From a bacterium (GTDB taxonomy: Bacteria > Eisenbacteria > RBG-16-71-46 > CAIMUX01): a stretch of DNA of 64,000 nucleotides. Below are positions 29,301-39,500 of the stretch, piece after piece (positions within the stretch are counted from its first letter, which is position 1; every line of letters starts with the position of its first letter). A program made the translations under genes and the position numbers. The stretch covers positions 66,554 through 130,553 of the forward strand of contig JAUIHP010000007.1 in the NCBI GenBank assembly GCA_030431975.1. Reading direction: 5' to 3'. The notes under the pieces were generated by a model. It ran no database searches. It had not been told where the DNA came from and worked only from the letters and a program-made list of their open reading frames with translations.

Positions 29301-30194
29301 GGCCGGTCCTCGCGTGACATGGGCGACGTGACGGACCAGGATCGGAACGTTGTCGCGTGACTGAATGACGGAGTCTTCGATGTCGCCGAGTTCACGAATG
29401 AAGCCGACGCCTCGAATGACGTACTCCGCCTGGTTCAGTTCGATCGTCCGTGCGCCGACGTCCAGGTTCGACATGCGAACCGCATTGAAGACGTCTTCCA
29501 GTCGCAGGTCGTAGGCGAGGAGCGCGTCCGGATCGACTTCGACCTGGTACTCCTGAACGAAACCACCGACCGAGGCCACTTCGCTGACTCCATCGGCGGC
29601 CATCAGCGCGTAGCGTACCTGCCAGTCCTGGATGCTCCGAAGTTCCTGCGGATCCCAACCGCCGGCGGGGCGACCGGATTCATCACGCCCTTCCAGTGTG
29701 TACCAGAAGACCTGGCCGAGCGCCGTTGCATCCGGACCGAGTGACGGCTGGACGCCGGGGGGAAGTGCATTCGGCGGCAGACTGTTCAACTTTTCGAGAA
29801 TGCGGGAGCGCGACCAGTAGAACTCGACATCTTCCTCGAAGATCACGTAGATGCTGGAGAAACCGAACATCGAGAAGCTGCGAACGGTCTTGACGCCTGG
29901 CATTCCGAGGAGAGACGCGGTCAGCGGATAGCTGATCTGATCTTCGACATCCTGCGGAGACCGGCCCGGCCAGCGCGTGAAGACGATCTGCTGGTTTTCT
30001 CCGATGTCCGGGATTGCATCGACAGCGACGGGATCACGCGGCAGTCCGCCCAGGTCCCAGTCGAAGGGGGCGACGCGAAGGCCCCAACCGACGAGAACCG
30101 CGACGAGGACGAGGACGACGACTCTCTGCCGGATGCAGGCATCGACCATGCGGTCGAGGAGTGAACTTGAAGTGTGGTTCGGTTCGGGTGTCAT
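26388..30194 (-). CDS. cusA: CusA/CzcA-family heavy-metal efflux RND permease
   Basis: Motifs VDAIPDIGENQ, LGPDATALGQ, GIAIAIGTMVD, EFMPPLDEG, DPAPVSMIET and RIRPCLM. Confidence 0.93.
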   Translation of the reverse strand: MTPEPNHTSSSLLDRMVDACIRQRVVVLVLVAVLVGWGLRVAPFDWDLGGLPRDPVAVDAIPDIGENQQIVFTRWPGRSPQDVEDQISYPLTASLLGMPGVKTVRSFSMFGFSSIYVIFEEDVEFYWSRSRILEKLNSLPPNALPPGVQPSLGPDATALGQVFWYTLEGRDESGRPAGGWDPQELRSIQDWQVRYALMAADGVSEVASVGGFVQEYQVEVDPDALLAYDLRLEDVFNAVRMSNLDVGARTIELNQAEYVIRGVGFIRELGDIEDSVIQSRDNVPILVRHVAHVTRGPALRRGVLDKGGAEAVGGVVVVRHGENPLAAIQSVKAKIEEIAAGLPSKTLDDGTTSKVTIVPFYDRTELIEETLGTLSHALSNEILITIVVVLVMVMHLRSSLLVSALLPLAVLMSFIAMKQFGVEANIVALSGIAIAIGTMVDMGIVVTENILRHLDRAGPKTRMFDVVSKATREVASAVLTATATTIVSFLPVFTMTGAEGKLFRPLAFTKTFALLAAVLIALFVIPAIAQILFRRRSAAPQAATAGWSGDLPGNLSRKFSGRWVNAVIAVIVLVLLSRFWEPLGPERGLIGNFAFVLVVIGSLLLALMALQRAYGPILEWALRNKGAFLAIPIAVMALGTWVWVGFDAFFGWLPTSVRTTPLVSTVAHAFPGLGKEFMPPLDEGSFLFMPTTMPHASIGEAYDVLRKQDMAIESIPEVRTAVGKIGRVDSALDPAPVSMIETVINYHPEYLEDAHGKRLRFRFDADAEETVRDLNGREVWAPDGQPYLARGAFERDANGELIPDSKGRPFRLWRPPLDPKLNPDRTAWEGIQDPDDIWDQILEVTRIPGTTSAPRLQPIAARIVMLQSGMRAPLGIQVRGPNQETIEAFGLELERELKKVPSVQANAVVADRIVGKPYLEIHIDRQAIARHGIHLAKVQDVIETAIGGKTVTRTVEGRARYDVRVRYPRELRDDIGSIERVLVAAPDGSQIPLRQLAEIRYVRGPQVIKSEDTFLLGYVIFDKKDGYAEVDVVEHARDYLASRIEDGHIVVPAGVSYEFTGSYKNQVRAQKTLAVILPLALALVFLILYLQFQSVTLTGLVFSGIAVSWAGGFLLLWLYGQGWFLDVPFFGVDLRQLFDIRPLNLSVAVWVGFIALFGIATDNGVIIGTYLDQTFRRAGPKSVDEIRKAALEAGRRRIRPCLMATATTLLALLPVLSSTGRGSDVMVPMAIPSFGGMVFVILTTFMVPVLYSLFAEMRFRNGGASGSR

Positions 30195-32089
30195 TTCGTA
30201 TCGCTCCGATCCCGGCTGTCGTCACCCATGGACTTGTCGGGAACGATGACGTCCGTCTCGGAACCGCATCGGTACATCTGAGAGCCCCAGTAGGGGTTCT
30301 CCGTGCCTTTTCGATTCTGCAACCAGTCCGCGCCGGCGCCGTCCCGGGCCATGGGGCAGTGGTAGACGAGAACCGGGCTTTCCGAGGAAGCACCGAAGGC
30401 ACGAACCGTCGAGATGACCAGATTCGACAGATCAAAGAACGCGTCGCGCGTCGAGACCAGATTGCCGCCTTTGGCGACGGCACGGCCCGCGTCTTCGATG
30501 GGCTTGCGGGCTTCCTCCCAGCGGCGGAGTCCGGCCGGATTCAGGGTGGATGGGTCGACTTTCCCGAGTGCCTCGGTGAAGCGGGTGGCCGCGGCTTGCG
30601 CTGTCTTTTCATCGTCGAGGCTCAAGGCCGTACTCACTTCGAAGTAGGAGTCGAGGATCGTTCCCAGTTGCGCACGAAACGCGTCGGTAACTTCAGCGAC
30701 CGGGACGACCTCCTCCGCAGCGGCCCCAGCCAAACCAACTCCGTTCGTTCCGGCCGAAGCGGTCTTGGTCCGTGGATTCTCGACGTCTGCCGAACCGTGC
30801 ATCGACGACGACTTGCCTCCACTTTGCCCGCCGGCGGTCGGGTTCATCATGCTGCGCTCGCCGCGGATCTGCAGCGCACTGTCGATCTTGAACGCACCGT
30901 TCGACACGACGCGCTCTCCCGGTTCCAGTCCGGATAGAACGACGAACTCGTCGCCGGTGCGCGGTCCGAGGACGACATCGCGTCCGTGGAATCGCCCGGG
31001 CTCGGTTGGGTCGGCAACGTAGACGACCGCGCGCTCACCTGTCAGCAGCGGTGCGGTCTTGGGAATCAACAAGGGGGCAGGGTCGGAATCCGTCGCTTCC
31101 AACCGGGCCAGTACCTGGCCTTGCGCCAACATTCCCGGCTTGAGCCGACCTTGCGGATTCGGCACGTCGATTCGAACCCGCGCCGTGCGCGTGCGGTCGT
31201 TCAGCACGGGGTCGATGAACGTGACCCGTCCCCGGAACGTTTCTCCGGGCAACGCCTGGGTGCGGAACTCGACTTCCTCACCCATTCGCAGCCAGGTCAG
31301 TTCCGATTCGTAGGCTTCGAGTTCGAGCCAAAGCCCCGAGAGGTCGGCGATCGTGTAGATGGGATCGCCCGTCTTGACGTAGCTGCCTTCGACAGCGGAA
31401 CGCTCCGTCACCGTTCCTGCGATCGGCGCGGCGATGCTTACCGTGTTGCGAGCCTGACCACTCTCCTCGACTCGCGCGATCTCGTTCTGCGGAAGGCCGA
31501 GGAGTCGAAGCCTTTCCCGCGCGGACTCGACGGCTCGTTCTCCTCCCAGAACACTGCGGGAACGCAGAGTCTGAAGAAACTCTTCCTGAGCGGAGTAGAG
31601 TTCCGGACTGAAAAGGTCGAAGAGCTTCTGTCCCTTGCGCACCTGCTGTCCGGTGTAGCTGACGTGAAGGCGCTCGATTCGTCCCGGGACCCATGCGGCG
31701 ACGCGCCGGATCGCGGTCTCGTCCGCTACGAGTTTTCCGAAGAGATCCAACTCCACCTCCGCGCGACCTTGTCGCACCGGTGTCGTCTCGATCTCGGCCA
31801 GTGCCTGGGCGGACGGCGAAAGCACCAGGCTGAAAGGGGCGCCGCCGTCATCGGCCCCTGTTTCCAGCGGTATCAGATCCATTCCGCAAAGCGGGCAACC
31901 GGTCGGTTCCGGCAGTTGAATCTGTGGGTGCATGGAGCAGGTCCAGGTCGTAACCGATGCCGCTTCGCCTTCGGTTGCCGTGGGAGCCTTGCCGCCGCCA
32001 CGCAGCGTGTATCCAAGTAGGAAGACGACGACGAGAGCGGCTGCCCATCCCATGCGCATCATCCAGGGATTGCGGTTGTTTTGGGTCAT
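30191..32089 (-). CDS. cusB: CusB-type periplasmic adaptor with heavy-metal-binding domain and C-terminal DUF3347-like domain
   Basis: WTCSMHPQI...CPLCGMDL; membrane-fusion core; C-terminal HCPMA...WLQ...NPYWGSQMYRCG. Confidence 0.92.
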   Translation of the reverse strand: MTQNNRNPWMMRMGWAAALVVVFLLGYTLRGGGKAPTATEGEAASVTTWTCSMHPQIQLPEPTGCPLCGMDLIPLETGADDGGAPFSLVLSPSAQALAEIETTPVRQGRAEVELDLFGKLVADETAIRRVAAWVPGRIERLHVSYTGQQVRKGQKLFDLFSPELYSAQEEFLQTLRSRSVLGGERAVESARERLRLLGLPQNEIARVEESGQARNTVSIAAPIAGTVTERSAVEGSYVKTGDPIYTIADLSGLWLELEAYESELTWLRMGEEVEFRTQALPGETFRGRVTFIDPVLNDRTRTARVRIDVPNPQGRLKPGMLAQGQVLARLEATDSDPAPLLIPKTAPLLTGERAVVYVADPTEPGRFHGRDVVLGPRTGDEFVVLSGLEPGERVVSNGAFKIDSALQIRGERSMMNPTAGGQSGGKSSSMHGSADVENPRTKTASAGTNGVGLAGAAAEEVVPVAEVTDAFRAQLGTILDSYFEVSTALSLDDEKTAQAAATRFTEALGKVDPSTLNPAGLRRWEEARKPIEDAGRAVAKGGNLVSTRDAFFDLSNLVISTVRAFGASSESPVLVYHCPMARDGAGADWLQNRKGTENPYWGSQMYRCGSETDVIVPDKSMGDDSRDRSDTK

Positions 32090-33546
32090 CGTGATTCTCC
32101 TTCGCGACGCTCGTTGTCATTCGTCGCGCCTTCCGAAGTCCGCGCCGCCGCCGATGGGAGGTTCGAAGTCGGGTCACCTATGAGTTGATTCCATCGAGCG
32201 ATCGCGAGCCCCAGGTCGACGCGGGCCCGGTCGAGCGACAGTTCCAGATCCAGAAGACGGCGTTGTTCCTGGATGACGTCCGTGAACGAAGAACTCCCGG
32301 CAGCGAATTGTTGCGTGACGACCTCCAGGGACTGTCTGGCCAGGGGCAGAAGATCATCGTTATAAAGCTGCATTCGCCGGTCGGCATCCGAGAGCTCAAA
32401 GAGGACACGCTCCAATTCGGCTCGAAGTTCGTTTCGCGTTTCGACGAGATCGGATTCGGCGCCGGAGAGGCGGGCGTGCGCACGACCGCGATCCGCGTCA
32501 TTTCGGTCGAACCAGAGAGGCAGATCGATCATGGCCACGGCGACTGCGGCGTCCTTTCCCCGATCGGCAACGCCGGGCATTTCCGAGTCGGCGGTTTCGA
32601 TGTACTCGAAACCCAAGGTCAGGTCCGGGAAGGACATCTTCTCGGCCAAGGTTGACGCGGCTCGAGCTCGTTCACGGCGAGCCTCGGCGGCCTGGATCTT
32701 CGGATGACGATCGAGAAGTGCCTCGAAAGTGGGCGTTGTGCTGCCGGGAACAGCCGCCGCAGGGATGGTCTGCAGGGCCTTCGGCAGTGTGTCGGGCAAT
32801 CCGATAGGTGCGTCAGCGGGCCGGTCGAGTTTCGCATTGAGCGCGGCCGCGATCGGCTGCTGCTCCTGAGTCAGACGTGCGAGTCGGTCTTTCAGCGTGG
32901 CGAGTTCGAGCTGCGTTTGGATGAGGGACGAATGCTGCGCCGCTCCGGTTTCGTAGCGACGCTGGACCACTTCAGCCAGTGACCGCATGTACGTCGTGTT
33001 GTCCTCCACGGTTTGCAATGACCGTTGGAGATAGAAGAACTCCAGCCAAAGGCGAGTCGTGTCGTACAGCAGCTTGCGTCTCTCTGCCTCGTACTTCGCG
33101 CCCGACTCCTCCGCCACGGACGAAGCCATGCTTCCTCGAAGGCTCCGTTTCCCGAAGAGGGGGAAGCTCTGTGACAGAGAGAACTTCTGTCTTTGCGGTC
33201 CGACGCGAGTCTCGACCGACTCCAGGAAGTAGGCGTACCCGAGCTTCGGATTCGGGAGAGCCTTCGCGACGCCCACGCCCTCGAGATTGGCCGTCCACTG
33301 GTCGAACGCAGACTCGAGGGATGGATTCCTGGCCTCCGTCGATTGGAGAACGTCCTCGAGTTCCGGCGTCGTGGTGAGTGTCGCGCTCGATTCCGTGGCG
33401 CGAGTTCGCGCTTCCCGAACATTCTCCCAGTGAGCCGTGGCCCGTGTTTCGGCCGAGCCGGCGCAGCCGGATGCTACGGCGAACAGGACCGGCAGGAGGC
33501 ACACGTGCGCGTTGAGCCGTGAATCTTTCCACGTGAGTAGAGCCAT
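32086..33546 (-). CDS. TolC/CusC-family outer membrane efflux lipoprotein
   Basis: Lipobox ASG-C; NPSL, LPNP...SQSFPLFGK, HPKI and FPDL...DLPLW OEP repeats; first gene of the cus operon. Confidence 0.92.
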   Translation of the reverse strand: MALLTWKDSRLNAHVCLLPVLFAVASGCAGSAETRATAHWENVREARTRATESSATLTTTPELEDVLQSTEARNPSLESAFDQWTANLEGVGVAKALPNPKLGYAYFLESVETRVGPQRQKFSLSQSFPLFGKRSLRGSMASSVAEESGAKYEAERRKLLYDTTRLWLEFFYLQRSLQTVEDNTTYMRSLAEVVQRRYETGAAQHSSLIQTQLELATLKDRLARLTQEQQPIAAALNAKLDRPADAPIGLPDTLPKALQTIPAAAVPGSTTPTFEALLDRHPKIQAAEARRERARAASTLAEKMSFPDLTLGFEYIETADSEMPGVADRGKDAAVAVAMIDLPLWFDRNDADRGRAHARLSGAESDLVETRNELRAELERVLFELSDADRRMQLYNDDLLPLARQSLEVVTQQFAAGSSSFTDVIQEQRRLLDLELSLDRARVDLGLAIARWNQLIGDPTSNLPSAAARTSEGATNDNERREGESR

Positions 33547-33781
33547 GAAACGGCACTCCCTGGACTCCCAGTGGAGTCCGGATTTTTCGTCCGAGCAGGG
33601 GTTAACCAGTTGCTCGTCGTTTCGCTGGAGCCGCGCCGTCAGCTACGCGAGAGGCCAAAAGCCCTCGAAGCGGTAGCACTCGTCAAAGTTGTAGTGTTTG
33701 TCGACGCGGAAACGGGGTCCGGGAAGTGCCTCGGCGATGACACCGTTGCACTACGACCCGATCGTCAGGGTAGGGAGGGGC

Positions 33782-34216
33782 TCAACAGAGGAAAGAGGAG
33801 TGCTGGACGTAGATCGGAGTGAGATCTATCGGAGGCGGCCGACTCGGCATTTGAAGAGGATGCCGACGAAGTTCGAGCTGGGGCTCGAAAGGTGCGATGC
33901 TTGTGACGACGGCGACGGGCGGATCGATCTGCTGAGTTCCCGCGGCCAGCCACTTCCCGGAAGCTTCTGCCGATTGTGAGCCGTGGTTGCAACAACACGG
34001 CATGCTCAGGGAGTTCTCGAGCTCGACCGTCGACAATGTGTTCTCTTTAGCCTGTTTGCAGCAGGACGGAACCTCTGGTTCGGGATCCTGGGAGCTACAG
34101 CAGGATTCCGCAGGCGCATGGGAGCACGAACATGCCTTGGCGAGCGGCACGGTCTGTGCGAAGAGCAGAAGGATCACGGTCAGGACCGCGAACGTTTGTC
34201 GGATTTGGCTTACCAT
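33782..34216 (-). CDS. Small Cys-rich protein with signal-like N-terminus and C-terminal SRPPP (putative metal-responsive leader)
   Basis: Hydrophobic N-terminus; CSC, CC, CC and CCC clusters; ends SRPPPIDLTPIYVQHSSFLC; co-oriented upstream of tolC. Confidence 0.75.
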   Translation of the reverse strand: MVSQIRQTFAVLTVILLLFAQTVPLAKACSCSHAPAESCCSSQDPEPEVPSCCKQAKENTLSTVELENSLSMPCCCNHGSQSAEASGKWLAAGTQQIDPPVAVVTSIAPFEPQLELRRHPLQMPSRPPPIDLTPIYVQHSSFLC

Positions 34217-34349
34217 GCTACCTAGAGTATCGGCAAACCGGGGCTGGTGGACAACACAAGTCTCAGAGCGCGGGCGGCAGCTACGCAGCTTCATGGAGAA
34301 CCTCGACCTGTTTGCAGATCAGGTGGGCCCACTGGAGGCGACTCGTCTT

Positions 34350-34652
34350 CTATTCACTCGGAAGGGGACCCCGCGCCGTATGGCGGACGCTCGTGACGAA
34401 GACTGCGTCGCCGCGGATCTCGTAGAGGATGCGGTAGTTCCGGCGGTAGAGAATCTCCCGGACCTCGTGGCCGAGCACGTTCGCATCCTGCATTGGCTTC
34501 CCCCGCGACGGATACTCAGCGAGTGACGCTATTGCGTCTCGCAGCCCAAGAGCCCACGGGATTGCGTGGACCTCGGTGCGCTCGGTCAGCCAGAGGAAGG
34601 CCTCTTCAATCTCGCGTTCCGCTTCGGCGGTCGTCTGAACTCTGAATCCCAT
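34350..34652 (-). CDS. RelE/ParE-family type II toxin
   Basis: FRVQTTAEAEREIEE...SLAEYPSRG...VREILY..NYRILYEI....VFVTSVRH; overlaps the antitoxin gene. Confidence 0.88.
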   Translation of the reverse strand: MGFRVQTTAEAEREIEEAFLWLTERTEVHAIPWALGLRDAIASLAEYPSRGKPMQDANVLGHEVREILYRRNYRILYEIRGDAVFVTSVRHTARGPLPSE

Positions 34653-34926
34653 GCTTCTCGAATAGCTGGTCGAACGCCTCTTCGAATGGGCGCGTGCGTC
34701 CCGCTTCGACGTCATCGAGCCCACGGCGAACCGCGAGAAGCGTCTCCATGCGGTCAGCCAGGTCCCAGAGTCGCTGGAACTCGGCCGCTGTCAGGACCAC
34801 AAAGTCGGCCTTGCCGTTCTTCGTGAGCACGAGCGGCCGGCCGCTTTGCTGCATCCGTTCGAGGAAGCCTGGGATGTCCCGCTTGAACGCGGTCATCGAA
34901 TGAACGTCTTGAGTGAGATCTATCAT
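34606..34926 (-). CDS. Phd/YefM-family type II antitoxin
   Basis: DVHSMTAFKR...RPLVLTKNGKADFVVL...RRGLDDVEAGR. Confidence 0.9.
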   Translation of the reverse strand: MIDLTQDVHSMTAFKRDIPGFLERMQQSGRPLVLTKNGKADFVVLTAAEFQRLWDLADRMETLLAVRRGLDDVEAGRTRPFEEAFDQLFEKHGIQSSDDRRSGTRD

Positions 34927-35176
34927 CGGTTTGCCCTTCGTCGGTACCCCTGAATCATCGGCACTCAACAGAGTCTCTTTAGGGACCTTATTAGAGCTTA
35001 TCACCGGAAATGCTGGTTCGGCAACAATCGCGACCCGGGGCCATCCCTACAACGCACGAACTGGCGAGGCTGGTTTGGGGAACGCGCTACGATTCGATTC
35101 CTTCAGAATCACGATGGCGTCGATCAGGTCGAGGCATTGGATGTCGAAGGGCGACGGGTCCACGCCCTTCGGCCCT

Positions 35177-36562
35177 CTACTCCTCCACCCTCGGCCGCGC
35201 ACTGTACTTCTCATACAGCCGCGTATGGCGACTCTCGAGCGAAATCTCCCGCCCCGCAATGAACGACCGCTTCACCTGCGTTTCAATCTCCAACGGATCT
35301 CCATCCGTCACGATGAGAGTCGCCTCTTTCCCGACGGAAAGGCTTCCCAGCCGGTCTCCCAATCCGAGAATCTCCGCCGGATACAGCGTGATCGATCGCA
35401 AGGCTTCGTCGTTCGGAAGTCCGTAGCTCCACGCCATCGCGGCGTGGTACGGAAGGTTCCTCTCATGCGCGGCCCCGCCTTCGGAGGCAATACAGAACTG
35501 CACTCCGGCCTCGTGCAGTCGTTGCGCGACGGTGTATTGATGGTCGTAGGGCTCGTAGTCCCGCCGCGGAAGTGCGAGCACGTCGGCGACGATGACGGCG
35601 ACGTCCTGTTCCACGAGTCGGTCGGCCAGTAGCGGAGCGTCGTGTCCTCCCAAGATGATGAGGTCGACGTCCTGATCGCGCGCCCAATCGAGCGCGCCCT
35701 GGATCTCGCGCACGCCTTGTGCGTGGACGATGACGGGGATGTCCTTTTCCAGCACGGGAATCATGGCTTCGAGATGTGCCTGTGGTTCAGCTCGCGGTAT
35801 GCCCCGGAGCCCGGCGGCGCCGCGGGCTCGGGCGTACGCGCGGGCATCGTCGAAGAGTTGCGTCAGCTCCGCCAATTCTTCGCGGCGAGCGGTTTCCTGC
35901 TCGGTGATCTTCTTTGACTCCGGCGATTGGCTGAGTCCGACGTTCGGCCAGTGAATGTGAAGACCGGCGGGCGCCTTGACCGTCATGTCTTCCCACGTCC
36001 AGCCGTCGAGACGAATGACCGCGGACAGACCGCTGACGCGACCGCCGCGGGGAACGGTCAGCGCAGTGTTGATTCCATTGGCGCGCGCGACGGGAATGAG
36101 TTCCGAGTCGGGATTGACCGCGATCTCCGCGCGAACGTTGGGATTTTACTTGCCGACTTCGGTGTGGTCGGTCGTCTGACGGATCGAACCGATCTCGACG
36201 AGTCCGAGAGCGGTGTAGGCCGAGAAGAGAGCCGGATAGAGGTGGTCTCCGCTCACATCGATGACCTCGGCCGCGCTCGGCACTCCGGTGTTCGCACCGC
36301 CGACGGCTTCGATGATCCCGTCGCGAACGATCAAGACTCCATCCTCGATGACCGATCCGTCCACGGGATGAATGGTCCCGCCGACGAAGGCTGTGACCGT
36401 TCCAGGGGGCTGCGGTGCGGCTGGAATCGGCACCTGAGCCTGGGCGTTCCCCACGAGTGCACACAATAGGCCGACCAAACCAGCCAAGCCCGGGCCGGAC
36501 AGAACGTTCATCGCCGACATGAAGAATCCCGCTTTGCAGGGTCGTTTCTGAATCGACTCCAT
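35177..36562 (-). pseudogene. Amidohydrolase-family protein interrupted by an in-frame TAA at 36148-36146
   Basis: ORFs 36146..36562 and 35177..35986 share one frame; read-through gives TEVGK*NPNVRAEIAVNPDSELIPVARANG, continuous family sequence; TAATG-coupled to the upstream gene. Confidence 0.85.
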
Positions 36563-39500
36563 TACTTCCGTCCCCCCGAAAAGTCGTAGCCGTATCTCTC
36601 GCTGTGGATCGTTCCGCCGAGGCCGACGTCGGCGCCTGCACCCGCTTCGTCTCCGTGATCGTGACCGCAGGTGTACTGATGCGTGTGGCTGAGTGCGTAG
36701 CTGGATGCGGTGGGCGGTCCTTGGGCCTTGTCCCGGGACGGGACTCCCGTCTTGCGCGCCTTGGCGATCAGGGTCTTCCGCTCTTCGGCGAGAAGATCAC
36801 GACGCTCGAGGTCGACGTCCCGATCGAAGTAGAGATGGCCGTCGACCCAGGTTTGCACACAGATCGAACCGGTGGAGTGCGGGCTCCCGTTCCAAACGGC
36901 GAAGTCCGCATCCTTGCCGACCTCCAGGCTTCCCAACCGCTGGTCGAAGCCGAGCTGCGTCGCCACGTTCAGTGTGACCATCTTGAGCGCTTCCTCGGGA
37001 TCGACGCCTCCGTACTTGATGGCCTTCGTTCCTTCCAGATTCATGCGGCGCGCAAGCTCGGAACTGTCGGACTTCATCGTCACGTTGACGCCCCGGTCAT
37101 GCATGATGGCAGCGGCGTGCGGAATGGCGTCGTAGACTTCGGGCTTGTAGGCCCACCAGTCCGAGAAGGTCGATCCCATTGCGCCGTGCTCGGCCATCTC
37201 GTCGGCGACCTTGTAGCCTTCAAGGATGTGCTGGAACGTACGAATGCGGAATCCAAAGGACTCGGCCAGCCGCATGAGCATGAGGATCTCGTCCTGACGG
37301 TACGAGTGACAGTGGATGAAGCGCTCGCCGTTCAGAATTTCGACGAGCGCATCCAGCTCGAGGTCGCGACGCGGCGGAATGGTCTGCGCTTTGATCTTTC
37401 GGGAGAGCGCGCCGTACCGCTTCCACTCTTCCGCATAGTCGATGGCCGCGAGAAAGCGTTCGCGCATCCACTGCTCGACACCCATTCGACTTTTTGGATA
37501 GCGCGTCTTGTACGCATCGCCCCAGCTTCGTTGCGTCACGTTCTCTCCGAGGGCGAACTTGATGCCGGGAGGCGCTCCTTGAAGCTTCATCTGTTCAGGA
37601 GTGGCGCCCCATCGGAGCTTGACCACGGCGTTCTGTCCGCCGATGGGATTGGCGGATCCGTGAAGTAGGTTGGCCAGGGTCAGACCGCCGGCGAGTTGCC
37701 GGTAGATGTGCGTCGTGCGGCTGTTGACGACATCGCCGATCCGAACCATGGCGCTGGAGGAAAGAGTCCACTCGTTGACGCCGCCGACGATCATGGAGTG
37801 GCTGTGGCAATCCATCAGTCCGGGAGTGACGTGCAGGCCCGCGCCGTCGACGACTTGCGCAGACGAGGACGCGCTGAGTCCTGTGCCGACAGCTGCGATC
37901 TTCCCGTTCCGAACGAGTAGGTCCGCGTTCTCGATGATGCCGTCCGGTCCGCAGGTCCAGAGAGTCGCTCCCTGCACCAGAACTTCGGTCGGCGTTTCGA
38001 TGGGGCCTTCGGTGAAGGCAGCGGGAGTTTCCGGATCGAGCGGCTTTTCCTTCTTCTGCTCCTTCGCAGGAGGTGGCGGACCTTGAAGTCGGACTCCGCG
38101 AATCCGCTGGACCTGCCCGTTGACCGTGAAGAAGCCTTGGCGTCCATCGAGGTACGCGTCGCGTAGGAACAGCAGTTCGAGGCCGGCGTCGTTCTCGTTC
38201 CAGCGGATGTCGAGCGTGTCGGACGCTGCGATGACGGTGTCGACGAAGGTGGCGGCGACACGAGGTTGTACAGCGTCGCCCAGATCCTTCGACCAGGACA
38301 CCATGAGGGAGTCACCCTCGCCTTCGATCTGAAGCCAGGACGCCTCGGCCCCGGTATCGGCCCCGGTATCGGCCCCGGCAATCGACTCCAGACGCCAAAG
38401 CCCCTGCGGCTTCTTGCGGTCCGCTTCGGACATGCCGACTTCCTGCGGGTGTCCGTCGACCCAAACCGTCCGCACCCGCGTTCCCAACGCGAAGAGTTCG
38501 CCGTCGGTCACGGTCAGGTTGGCGATCTTGCCCTTTTCGATCGTACCCACCCGGTCGAGGACGCCGTGTGTCCTGGCCGCCTCCGTCGTGAAGGCGCGAA
38601 GAACGGTTTCGGCGTCCAGTCCCCGGCTTTGGGCAGCACGAATCATGCGAGGGAGAAAATCGGGCTTCCGCAGTCGATCCGTAGTCAGGGCGAACTTGAT
38701 TCCTGCGCGAGCGAGAGACGCGGGATTGGAAGGCGCGCGGTCCCAACTGCGGAGCGACTCGATCGAGACGTCATGCGCGGCGAGCTCGTCTTCGATCCAC
38801 GGCGCGTCGGGGAAAGCCACCGGTACGATGAGCGGGTAACCGAGGTCCTGCACTTCCTGAAGATATCGATACTCTTCACCACTACACCGAAGCACGGTCC
38901 GAAGACCGAACTCGCGAGAGACTTGCCCGGCCCGGAGGGTCGCAAGAACATCGTCCGTTTCCAGGAACACGTTCTCCAGCCCCTGAACCGTGCGAGCCAA
39001 CGCATCGAGAGATTCGTTCTGCTCGGGGCGCTCCTGTCCTCGCGGGTTGGAGTCATAGATGTTCGCGGCGTCGAGATGATGTTGCGCGTCGAGCAGCGTC
39101 TGCCGCATGAGTGCAACGACGCCCATCATCGACCGCGGATAGTCATCCGGTCCTGAGCCCATATCGAAGGCCAGACACTGACCGTTGGAAGGACGCAGCT
39201 CGACATCGGTCGCTCTTCCCTCACGCAAAGAGAGCAGCGTTCCGCGTCCTCGGAAAATGCCGTCGTCGGGAACGAGATAAGCGGTGGTGAACCCCAACTG
39301 GTGGAACGCCTCCCAATCCTTGGCAGTGAAGTCCCGACCCGTCGTCACGTTCGTTTCCGGGTGAACTCTCGGGTGCGGATGGCCCCGTCCGGGAACCGGT
39401 GGCTCTTCCGGCGGACCCTGGTGCGGCGGCTCCTTCTTGGCCTCTTTTTCGAGACGGGAGGCGCGAAGGTAGGGCTCGATCAGGCCCGGATAGACGGTCA

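Noticed and set aside
35028..35053. GTAG-type REP next to the TA module
   Set aside because: Single copy with a poor palindrome.
36146..36148. Stop-codon reassignment or selenocysteine/pyrrolysine recoding
   Set aside because: The codon is TAA, not TGA or TAG, and TAA terminates other genes in the window (receptor, tonB, ZIP, large amidohydrolase).
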